Part shown: in pieces, positions 1 to 10,237 of the stretch | How positions within the stretch are numbered: position 1 is the first letter of the stretch | Layout: the number at the start of each line of letters is the position of its first letter | DNA from: Perkinsus chesapeaki ATCC PRA-425 | Taxonomy: Eukaryota > Protista > Perkinsozoa | Length of the DNA: 35,714 bases | Direction: 5' to 3' | Assembly: GCA_013115145.1 (NCBI GenBank) | Contig: JAAPAO010000366.1 | Span: 1-35,714 of the forward strand | Program-made: the position numbers and the translations under genes | Notes under the pieces: generated by a model | Told to the model about the DNA's origin: nothing | Database searches by the model: none | What the model saw: the letters and a program-made list of their open reading frames with translations, nothing else

Positions 1-720
1 CCAGAACGTCTATCACAACCCTGAGGCACGCAGGCCCAAGGGAATAAGCTGCACGCGTGTACATTATGGTGACCGTCTCTATGTACCTGGCTGATGGAGC
101 AGCAATAAGGCCCTCAAGACTAGGATGAGAAGCATCGCTCTGTTGAGTACCCCAACTTTTCTGTAAGACCCCTTTTCTTCCTGAGACCCTAATGGCTCAG
201 AGTTCAGTTCAGAGTGGCAATGCAATGATGCGGTTGTTTGCGGGATACTGTTCCCTGGTAACAGTGTGAGCCCAACATTTGATTGAGAGTCTCCCGCCGG
301 CAGACTCTCCTTTTAGTCTCATGTGATTGAGCCGGTAAGATTGACGTTCCTTCGCGGATACGTTGACAATAAGACGTATTGCTTATGAGACTACCGACGC
401 TTCCTCTGATCGCAATGAGATCGTTGCGAGCATGATCAGCCGCTGACGTATGACGAATAAGGCCCTTATGATAAGGTCCTTATCCCTTGTTGCCCATTGG
501 AAGCTTCACCAAATGAGCAATTCAGCACAGTGGCTTGCAAAATCACAATCCATACCGATAACTTTGGTGCTTCTCCGGGCAGTTCCTTTCATCTCTACAT
601 CTTACAGCTTTCGGATGCAACTGGATACAAAATATCCCAAAGAAGGGGGGCCTGTCCACAATAATAATGAGTTTGACCATGATGTTGGATGCTTGGCGCC
701 TACAGGTTGAGAGCGGTTGT
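1..720 (-). mobile_element. Possible decayed retroelement (gag-like) relic
   Basis: Stop-interrupted coding-like frames on the minus strand. It shares an exact 19-mer (192..210) with the relic at 9344..9362. No diagnostic motif of its own. Confidence 0.3.
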
Positions 721-1114
721 GTTCAATCGTGACGTTTCAGTGTCACGGATACAGACAAAAGTTTTGTGACAGTTTTCGTAGGGGATGACTGATGGATATG
801 AGCTAGTACCCTTCTATCATAGCAGTTAGAAACCGCGCGAACGCGACAAATTAGTCACGCGTTCCACGTGCTCCTTGACGCATCGTGACAGTCTACTATG
901 GCCCATGAGTCTATGGGTTACTGTGTCATATGTCATATATGATGTGTGGACCAGAGGTTGTACCTGCAGTGAACACTGGGAGCGAAGCTTTGCAGTACAA
1001 GACTTTCTCCTATCCTGACATCCTAGGCACAGGCGACTTCAAATAAAAAGTTTCTCAGGGCTTGTCCATGAACAATGCTTTCTGGATCCCCTGAAATACT
1101 GTTCTACGTACAAC

Positions 1115-1187
1115 TCCGATGTAGTCTAGCTGGTTAGGATTCGTTGCTCTCACCCACGCGACCGGGGTTCGAGTCCCCGCATCGGAA
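1115..1187 (+). tRNA. trnE: tRNA-Glu, anticodon CTC
   Basis: Full cloverleaf: acceptor stem TCCGATG/CATCGGA, D-loop AGCTGGTT, anticodon loop CT-CTC-AC (anticodon 1149..1151), T-arm CGGGG-TTCGAGT-CCCCG, discriminator A, TTTT at 1189..1192. One T:C mismatch in the anticodon stem. Confidence 0.93.
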
Positions 1188-1289
1188 ATTTTATTTAACG
1201 ATACTGTAACGTTACTTGTAACTTTGTAACTGCTCAATTATAGGTGCGAATCGGAGACACCATGCCTTTACAGATTCCGAATGAATCAA

Positions 1290-1302
1290 TATTATTTTCT
1301 AG
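1290..1302 (+). promoter_or_regulatory. Putative spliced-leader trans-splice acceptor of TYW1
   Basis: ATTATTTTCTAG lies 15 nt before the ATG at 1318, and its TAG is an in-frame stop closing the frame upstream. Trans-splicing is inferred from the lineage assignment. Confidence 0.35.
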
Positions 1303-1317
1303 TCAGCGTTTCCGCCA

Positions 1318-4300
1318 ATGCTAGCTGGTGGCGGTTTCTATCATGCCATTCTATCAAAGCACTACCCTCCTTTGAATAGGACTGTAAAAATCGTTTACAG
1401 TTCTCGATCGGGAACATCTCACGGAGCCGCCAAACAGCTGGAAGATGTTCTCAAGACGGAGGGAAATCGAGTCATTTGCCTCCCTGTTGAAAAATACGCT
1501 TTCGAGGAACTATGCGAAGAGGCGTACTTGATACTGCTTTTGTCGACGGACACCGATGGCACTCCTTTGCCGAATGCAAAGGAACTGATGGATCAGCTAC
1601 TTGACGCCGTCAACGATTTCAGAGTTGATAAGAACCTTCTGGAAAAGTGCCGAGTGGCCGTCATCGGTTTTGGTTCGGAGGAGTATCCGGCGAAATACTA
1701 CTGCCGAGTAGCGAAGGACTGCGATGACTGGTTGGCCAAACTCGGCGCGGCTAGATTGACGCCCTTATTTTGCATCAGTGATACACGGGACATCGATAAG
1801 CAAGTTAAAAGGTGATAAACAAGAGGTGCAGAAGAGACAGAGGGAAATTATCCGCCTTACTTTTTAACTGAATTTATTCCCTGAAAACATAGACTTGCTT
1901 TTATCCTTACATTTGAATAGTAAAGTCCTAACACTGTGAAAACGAAAAGCGATAAGAAAGGCACGAAATGCAGGAAATTAGTAGTGACTATTGACGCTTT
2001 TGTTATGTGTGGTTAGATTCTCCCTGTATTAGCCGTACCTCGTGCGTTCTCAAACGAAATTCAGTTTTTGTTCCAAAATCCTATCTAACCAAGATATGAT
2101 CTCCCCGAAAAGGAACTATTTCAGCCAGAGAGGGTGTGGTCTTGGCGGATCGACGTGGAGAAGCAGGCAAATACTCTCTTCTCACTCAGATGCATAGATC
2201 AAATTAGAAAAGCCATTAATAGAGCTGATAAAGCACCCGAGAAGGAGGAGGTCGACTTGGAGGATGGGGGAGCAGATTCGGAAGGCTCAGATGATTCAAC
2301 GAGTGATACTGAGGATGAGGCGGCTGATGATATGGAGGATAATGGTAGTAGTTAAGGGCGGTGTGGTAATGATCGTTGACATGCGAAGGCGCTCGACTGG
2401 GAGGATTATGGGAAGCTTGCCTTCATGCTTTATTATGATATTATTTACTTGCTATGGATTTTAGACGATCCTCTTGATACAGTGTTGCAATAGTCGCTCT
2501 ATTAGTAGTGTCGTATTAGGGTCGTCGTTGAGGTGGTAATAATTGTTATGATAACCATCTGTGATGCCCTATTTTGGAAATGTCGGTATCAGCTATACTA
2601 GCTGTATGGCTTCAGTATGATTAACAACTGTAGATGTGATGTCTTTAATTTCCACAGTAATCCGAACTCATTTCGATCTCATCATTTAGGTGTCTGTGGT
2701 AGTGACCCTAAGGAGATGGTGACCAAGAAGCATAGAGCGGCATTGACGAGGGAAGGATACAAGCTTGTTGGCAGCCACAGTGCGGTAAAGCTATGTAGAT
2801 GGACGAAGCATCAGGTGATAAGGAAAGGGAAGGTGGTCTTGCTTTATTTTCATATTAAAAATGTTACAGAGGTGTTATAGTGCACAAGTTGGTATCAATT
2901 AGTAGCAGCTTTTTCATGGAAGACTTCATTTTCCTAAAGCTTATCCATCTTATTTTTTGCAAGTCAGGAAATGAAAGTATGTTACCGTAGTTTTAGATGG
3001 ATGTCTCAATGGGACGGTTTGTAGCCTTGAGAAATGGGTTCTTTCAGGAAGGACTTTTTTATACCAAATTTCTTACTATTTTAATTTAATATTCATTATG
3101 CCCGTGCGTTTCTGTTTCAAATCACTGTGGTCGAATGAAGTTTTGTAATAGTAATGCTGAAAGGGTATCATTTGATCAAGTGACTTAGATACTTTCAGGT
3201 TCGTGGTCGAGGAGGATGCTACAAGCATTCTTTCTACGGTATACAGTCTCATCAGTGTATGGAGGCCACGGCCAGTCTGGCATGCGCTAACAAGTGTGTT
3301 TTCTGCTGGAGACATCACAGAAATCCGGTTGGGAAATCGTGGAAATGGGCACAGGACCCCCCGGATGAGGTAGTAGTTACTGCGCGCCACGAAATTCGGA
3401 GCATTGTACTAGTACAGCGATTCGCGGGGGCCTTTGTGGAAGCGGTCGGTGACGGACCGCAATTGGTTTTGTAGACTGAAGCGGAGCGTTGATCCTAGTT
3501 GCTTTGGATGTTTTTACGTCACACTGCCTGGCTTTTCAAGTGGGGAATCTTGACTTGGAAATTCAAAGCTGATGATGATGAAAGCAGTTGTGAAGGATTT
3601 GTGTAAAATAATGGCAGGGCATCGTTTGTCCAGGTTTGAGTGATATGGATTATTAGTGTTTATTCAGGTCGTTGATGGATGGTTAAATAACCACTATGGG
3701 ATGATAAAACAGCTCAAAGGTGTCCCAGGCGTCACATCAGATCGATTTGAGCAGGCCAAGAAGGTTCGTCATTGTGCGCTGAGTCTTGTTGGTAGTAGAG
3801 GGGACATTAAGAATGGTATTTTCCGAAAGAAATCATTTCGAAGACGAACGAAATGACGTTGGATGAAAAATCGTGACGAGCAACTTAAGTTTCGTTTGCT
3901 CGACATCCTGAGCATGACCAATCTTCAGAGGTTTCTGACTTCTTGGTCGCATTTTTGAGACTGAAAACTTTCAGGAGAACTGCGGGACTTTTGTAGGTGC
4001 ATCACTTTATTAATTTCTCAAACTGAGTTTGCCAAGTTCCCGCTGGATGGTTATTTTTAATTTTAGGTGAACCGATTATCTATCCGGAGATCAACACGGC
4101 TTTGGATCTCCTACATCAGAATGGCATATCCACATTTATGGTCACAAATGGGCAGTTCCCAGAGGCGATACGATCGCTTATTCCTGTTACTCAGTTGTAG
4201 GGGGTGGGATTCGAACCTGTGCGGGTTTGTTGATTGGGGATTTTTCGTTGCTACTGGTCGGAGAGGTGCGGCTACATAGGGTTCAGTAGGAAATGGACCT

Positions 4301-7118
4301 GCTTGTGAACGGAATAATGGAAATGCTAGGGAGCTTGGAAAGCATTAGTGTCGTGGGGCCTCGTGCCTAGGTAGGGTTGGCCTCGAGCCACACCTGGTTA
4401 ATGGGAGTCTTTTGGAAGGACATTGGTAAAAAATAATACCCAGGAATTCAGTCAGACTTGGTCTGATGACAAAGAGGTCCTGTAAATCTTTGGTGTGTAT
4501 GCTTTTGAGTATTATCAGTATGAGCGTCTGGAGATAGAGGGCTGCATTAGAATTGCAGCAGCTCAAATTCCGGTGCTCAATACCTTCATTGTTGGTGTTA
4601 GACTTGGACTAACTTATAATATGGGGTGTCAATATCTTTATGGGAAAACTTTTTTTGAAAATCTTATTATTATCCATCGTCATCTATACCAGTCCTAAGT
4701 GGGTCGGTCTACCAGGTTTAGTGGATCTTGCGATACCTCACGGAGAGGTTTTCATGTCGCCGGTCATTTGAGATAATAAAAGTGCTGGACTGCCACTGAG
4801 TTGTGCCATACCGTTGGAACGTTTATAGTATAATGACCTTGTGTGTGTTTGGAAGGTACGTATCGGTGGACGCATCCAACCCGAAGGACATGAAGGCTGT
4901 TGACAGGCCTTTATTCGAGGATTTCTGGGATAGGTTTATTGACTCATTAACGGCATTGAAGCATAAGAAGCAGCGAACTGTGTGAGTGGAGGGGCCATTG
5001 CTCTCAGAGGCGGGTTTAGGGTTTTTCTCGTCAAAATCGGGTTTCGGGTTTCGGGTTTTGCTTCGGGTTACCGAAGGGTTAGCGTTTACCTCTTTGCGTT
5101 TGGAGAATGTAACATGGGTAAGGTAGGGTTGTTACGAAGCTTATGTCTGCTCGATTCAGCTGTATAAGTTGGGTCGATTGGGTTAGAGATTGACAAGTGT
5201 TGTTGTTGTTGTTGTTGTTGTCTTCAGTTACCGAATGACTCTAGTGAAAGGCTACAACATCTCGGAGGCGGTGGAGTATGCTGAGCTACTTCGCTTGGGA
5301 CACCCTCATTTCGTGGAGATAAAGTCTGTTACTTTTTGTGGGAAAGGTGATGGATCAGCTCAAATGACTATGGGAAATGTGAGTAGTTGGGTAACAGATG
5401 AATTAATCGGGGAATAGGTTTAATCATTTTGCATCTATGGTTTTCTGATGCTACCATCTGTACTCACTACTTTCCGTTATTTATCTTTATTACTTTGAAA
5501 GTAAAGTAATACTTTCCGTCATTTTTCTTTGACTATTATTTTCGATGCTTTCACCAGTAATGTGTAGCGGCTCACTCCGTCGGCACTTATCACAGTTGAT
5601 GCTTTTTTTTCGTTACGTGGTCGAGTAAGGAGGCTTTTATTTCCGTAGGTGCCGTGGTTTGAAGAAGTAGTGGAATTCGCTCAGCACATGATTGATTCAT
5701 CTGCGTGGGTGAAGGAGCGGTATGAGATTGCATGCACTCATCGACATTCCTGTACGGTTCTTATTGCGCAGAAGTAAGGCTTCGTTATTTGACCTCAACG
5801 GGTTCAATCTACACGGGAACGATAAGACCCCTCTGAAGCTCAAAGATGGATCGTGTTTTGCAGTGATGCCGAACGAGCATGCAGTATGTGCGGAACTTCT
5901 CTCGAGGGTCTCAGGCCCACTGGCGTGGGCTCCAGAGATCTGAGCTAGATGAGTTATTCCTAGAGTTATACTATTGACAGACTGTCAATAGTATAACTAT
6001 AATAAACTATAGCTATAATAAGTTATTATATAAGTTATAATAAGTTATAGTTATTATTAATAACTATATAACTATAGTATAACGGTAAAATATTAGTAAT
6101 AACTGTCAATGACAGTTATTACTAATATCTTACCAATGTTATTCCATCATGGATCTCCGTAACGTGTGATTGTTTGATATTCTATATTATTCGATATTCA
6201 TTAATGATTAGCTATATTATATTTGACATGGCTAAATGTGTGAATGATTCATTACGGACTTAACCACATAACGGTAATTAGATTCAGTGATTCTAACCGT
6301 TATACGGATTCGTTATTTTAGCTGAACTTGGCTAAAAGGAGCAGGAAAAGTAGTGAGGTTGTACATTCATACGGTAACCGTCATATAGAGGACTAACTTT
6401 TTCATAAATGCAAGTTAGTGCTCAATTGTTTCTCATCTTACATTATCTATCTTATTCTTATCTTCTCTTCGTCGTACTCTTGATACATATACCTACAGTT
6501 TTCTGATACATCTATATGTACCAAATTTGTAGATCGGGAATTATTTGTTCACCTCGCTCAGATCGTTCAAGGTGGACGGGATATGGCACACTTGGATTGA
6601 CTATGACAAGTTCACCGACCTCGCACTTGAGTATTCCAAGTCTGGGAAGCCCTTCAGTGTAGAGGACTACTGGGCACAAACTCCATCATGGGCAGTTTAT
6701 GGTGCAGAGGTGAGGCCGTGCATGATGCATGTCTTGAGAAGGGTGGTTTCTTCAGGAGGAAGGGTTCGATCCTGATATGAAGCGACATTATAGAAATGGG
6801 AAAACACCAGAGTTGGGGAAGCAGATCAGAGCTCGACAACTTGCGGAGGCAGCCAAGCAGCAGTCGGCCAACTGTGAGTCCAGTGGGAATATTGCCGTAA
6901 ACCGCTCTGTTACAACTGCACGGGCGTAGCCTCTGTCACAAGGAGTATTGTGTTGAATACGTATATGGGGCTGCGCTGTATTTCTGTAGTGCTTTGGAGA
7001 CGAACATTGCATTTATAATTGGTTTAGAATTGCTTTGTCTTTTGCAGGTTGTGGTGGATCCTCGAATGATGGCGGCGGTTGTTGTGGTGGTGGTGGTGGG
7101 AACTGCAATAAAGATTAG
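1318..7118 (+). CDS. TYW1: S-adenosyl-L-methionine-dependent tRNA 4-demethylwyosine synthase (flavodoxin + radical SAM), 12 exons
   Basis: Exons 1318-1811, (2094 or 2133)-2344, 2690-2814, 3199-3369, 3668-3791, 4067-4196, 4856-4981, 5228-5378, 5649-5773, 6562-6709, 6756-6873, 7048-7118, all GT-AG and phase-consistent. Flavodoxin domain (YSSRSGTS, VAVIGFGS), then GYKLVGSHSAVKLCRWTK, CANKCVFCWRHH (CxxxCxxC), HCALSLVGEP, LYVSVDA, WIDYDKF, GFDP. If the last intron is not used, the gene stops at 6929. Confidence 0.95.
5012..5087 (+). repeat. Degenerate telomere-like GGGTTT(A/C) heptamers in TYW1 intron 7
   Basis: GGGTTTAGGGTTTT at 5012..5025, GGGTTTCGGGTTTCGGGTTTT at 5039..5059, further GGGTTA units to 5087. 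Confidence 0.45.
5198..5221 (+). repeat. (TGT)8 microsatellite
   Basis: Eight perfect TGT units directly before the acceptor CTTCAG (5222..5227). Confidence 0.9.
5964..5998. repeat. Perfect inverted repeat, 17-bp arms, 1-nt spacer
   Basis: AGTTATACTATTGACAG-A-CTGTCAATAGTATAACT in TYW1 intron 9, followed by AT-rich TTATAAC/AGTTAT low-complexity sequence to about 6120. Confidence 0.9.
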
Positions 7119-7399
7119 ATAGTCTCGCGCTTATTTTGTTATATAGTTAACGTCGTTTCTATTCCTAATGAGCAGATTTTGCGTAGACAGTGTTCATGGA
7201 GTCAAACTCGGTAGGTTATTATGAAAAAAACGAAGGAACCATTCGGAACGTCTATGAGCTCTTCACCAAGTGGAGCGGTAGATGGTGTTAGCTCGAAACG
7301 GTGAAGGTATAATGATTATAATACTGACGAAAAGATGAGGAAAGTACCATCATTCGAAGGAATAATGGCTCCTCTTTTACACCGGTCGTATTGCTTTTT

Positions 7400-10080
7400 G
7401 TCCGTGTTGAAGTGGTCACTATCACCCTAAGGCCGAGTAGTTCTCATACTTGGCTTGTTGTACCCATGATCGCGATATGGTGGTACAATATAATATATTG
7501 TACATATATCTCAAGAACGGACGGGGAAAGGACCTTTCCGAAAGGTGGCAAACTTGCTTTCCTGTTGATTTCATCCCCGTCTCTCCGTAACATACATGTT
7601 TCAATACTACGGTATTTGATAAAGTGCCGATGGCAATTCTGGCGCTTGCCTATATTTCAGTAACTAAGCCTGAACCAGTTGCGAGTTCTCGATATGTGAA
7701 ACTAAAATGCGATATGCGCTAACCTGGCCGGTGATGCTCGTCAAAATAGAGTTCTGCTGTTGGTTGGAAGTATTTCTAGCTTTTACTATTTTACTTTACT
7801 TCCCATTTCTTGGCTCACTGTAAGCTGTTGAGTGCCAGAAAGAACTTCCAACCCAACGCTTATTAAGGGCGCAGAAAAGCCTAACGTATGCGTGCAACAG
7901 AGTAGATCACATAGCTAATAGCAAACTGTGCAACTTCGAAGGACAGTGGAAAAATAACAATTCTCAGCTACCTACACTGACTAAGTTATACTGAAATCCT
8001 AGCACAGCTAATCTCAAAGTAGTGCAAATAGAGTGACATAGCCTATGCTAATAAATAGACATTATCCACTTCTTTTACAAATGATTTACCGTGCGCATAG
8101 GCTATTTCGCCCCATACGGAGCAAGTTACCCTCCGGATGCTAAAAGCTCACTAAGCTGGGTGCAGGGGTCATACAGTATGTCATGCCACGAAGGAGCGGG
8201 ATAAGATTCAAAGATTCTTGGCGCCGCCAAATCGAAGAAGTGTAGCGAGAACTAGAGTCTAGGCAATAGCTGTGGAGGCAGTCAGCCAACTTGATTTGCA
8301 CAGAAGCACTAGAACCGGTTCATGAAGTACTTCTACTAGTCGGTGGCTTTGACGCATGGCCGACAGACATCAATTTTCTACTTCTTTATATCGAACAGTT
8401 TTGCGTACGCGTCACAAATTGTGCACGACATACATAGCTAGGTTTGGCTATTCCAGAACTTCATCCAGAACTTCTGGAGCAACGCTTCTGGACCAGAAGC
8501 GTTGCTCCCTCGTCGAAGGAATAGGCTGGGTTGATCTGAGCCAGAGGGTGCTGTTCTTACTGTCGAGAGGTTGCGTTATTTTCAGTGAAATCTTTTTGCT
8601 GATGCATCCCGCTTCCATCCCCGAACATATCCGAATGAGCAGAAGGTTCAAGTCAATCTCCTTGCCATGTCTTATGTGGTATGCAGCATCCTGTTTGATG
8701 GGATGCCCTGGGACATGCTCTCTTTTCCCTGGCGTGTACAAGGGGCACCTCAGTGAGATTACCGTTCACTTGAATGTTACCCAGGAGATTGACAAGCTAG
8801 GGCCATACAACGTTAGCGTTGCTTTCGACACCAGAAAGGGCTCCATTCATTGTTGGCCTACTAAGTGTACGCTTTATGAACATCTACTACAACTATTCTC
8901 CCATTGTCAGCTACCAGAGAGATGTTCAGCTCAGTTGTATTCGCTTACTGGATTAAAATACAGCACGTTTCAGACAACATCTGACGAAGACTGTACTGTG
9001 TTCTACATGTTCTTTGATAAGGGCCCGAAGATTCCACTCATTATTATCGCATGAAGTATCTGGCCCGATGGAACGTCCTTCAGGCTTGAGCCTGAAACTG
9101 CAATATGACTCGAATACATTTTGGTCATATTTTGTTCCACTTCATAGTGTTGATGGCTCGCTCTAGCGCTTCACAAATTGTGAAGCGTCACCCTGAAGCT
9201 CCAGGATCGTTGCTGCGGTCAGTTCTACCATGAAATCAATCAATCACCTTGACGGCGTGTTGGTCAGTTTCGTGTCACCATCCATTAGCTCATAGCATTC
9301 AACTTATTCAACTATTGATGAACGTTTTTTCTTCCAAGTCGTCATGGCTCAGAGTTCAGTTCGCGACAGGGGGCTCTCAGCATTTAGCTGCGCGTCAAAG
9401 TCCTACTAAAGGAAAGTTCTGAAGCAGAACCTCTGATGCATCGTGATGACCGGTCATCAGTCACTGATGTTTCAGTACACTGCAGCATCACAATTCTTTC
9501 AATTCCGTTAGGGAGAACGTAGCTGTCGTGACCAAACAGCTAGACACTTGATGGAGTAGCGAGTTCACAAAGGTATGGATGAAACATCACACTTCAGCGA
9601 ACCACTGCGAACAAATACGTCGCCGTTGAATACGGGATTTCTGGAGGGAACCATAAACTCATCCTGGAGCCCGGAAGCCGGAACCCTGAACAGTTCAGGC
9701 TGAACTCCATAATGGTCCCGTGTGCCCGAAGGTGGGCAAGTTACGTGTTTTCAATGTCAATCTATTGTTCCATTATCGGTAATTTAGTAATAAATTTGGT
9801 AATCGAGCTTTTGGTAATTGAGTAGATATCGCCGTATCCAAGAGATTGAAGCCAAGATTGTCCCTCCAGAATCACTCGAAAATGTCGAGTCGAAGTTACT
9901 CCAGGCTCGGCTTGACTGCTTCGACTGTACCACATGCGCAGTCGTTCACCACGTGGTGATTTGCACGCAGCGTTGTGTCGCGTGTCTACTTTGTGTGGAG
10001 TTGTGCAATTTATCTTGTTAGTGCGCCATCCATCCTTGCGTGAGATTTCACCACCGATACAGTCCCTTGTCCTTCCCCTC
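7400..10080 (-). mobile_element. Heavily decayed Ty3/gypsy-like LTR retrotransposon gag-pol relic
   Basis: Frames broken by many stops and shifts, with motif-like pieces in PR-RT order: NLLGNIQVNGNLTEVPL (about 8800), ESYPAPSWHDIL (8189..8209, cf. RT DxYPxP), SILTSITGQVSAYRILVSHI (7691..7750, cf. RT SFLGxVxYYRxFI). No YxDD motif or LTR pair recognised. Confidence 0.45.
8476..8508. repeat. Perfect inverted repeat, 16-bp arms, 1-nt spacer
   Basis: GGAGCAACGCTTCTGG-A-CCAGAAGCGTTGCTCC, preceded by a duplicated TCCAGAACT. Confidence 0.9.
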
Positions 10081-10237
10081 ATACGGCGACACCTTTCGTC
10101 GAAAGGCTTTCGATTTGAGACGATTATATATGCGCGAAAAAATCCGTAACAACATTTTCTCTCTTATCAGCGCGCAACGTGAGTTTTGTGGCGCGCGGTT
10201 TTGTCGCTTTTCAATCTCTTATGTCCCAGAAGCGTAA

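Noticed and set aside
5722-5943. 73-aa ORF overlapping TYW1 exon 9 and intron 9
   Set aside because: Off-frame overlap with a well-supported exon, and no recognisable homology.
1115-7118. Functional coupling of the tRNA gene and TYW1
   Set aside because: TYW1 modifies G37 of tRNA-Phe, whereas the neighbour is tRNA-Glu. Adjacency alone is not evidence.
7803-7816. Second SL-like fragment CCATTTCTTGGCTC
   Set aside because: Short, gapped match lacking CCGTAG and the AAG end; compatible with chance.
8356-9054. 232-aa plus-strand ORF as a gene
   Set aside because: No recognisable motif, intronless in an intron-dense genome, and antisense to the probable retroelement relic.
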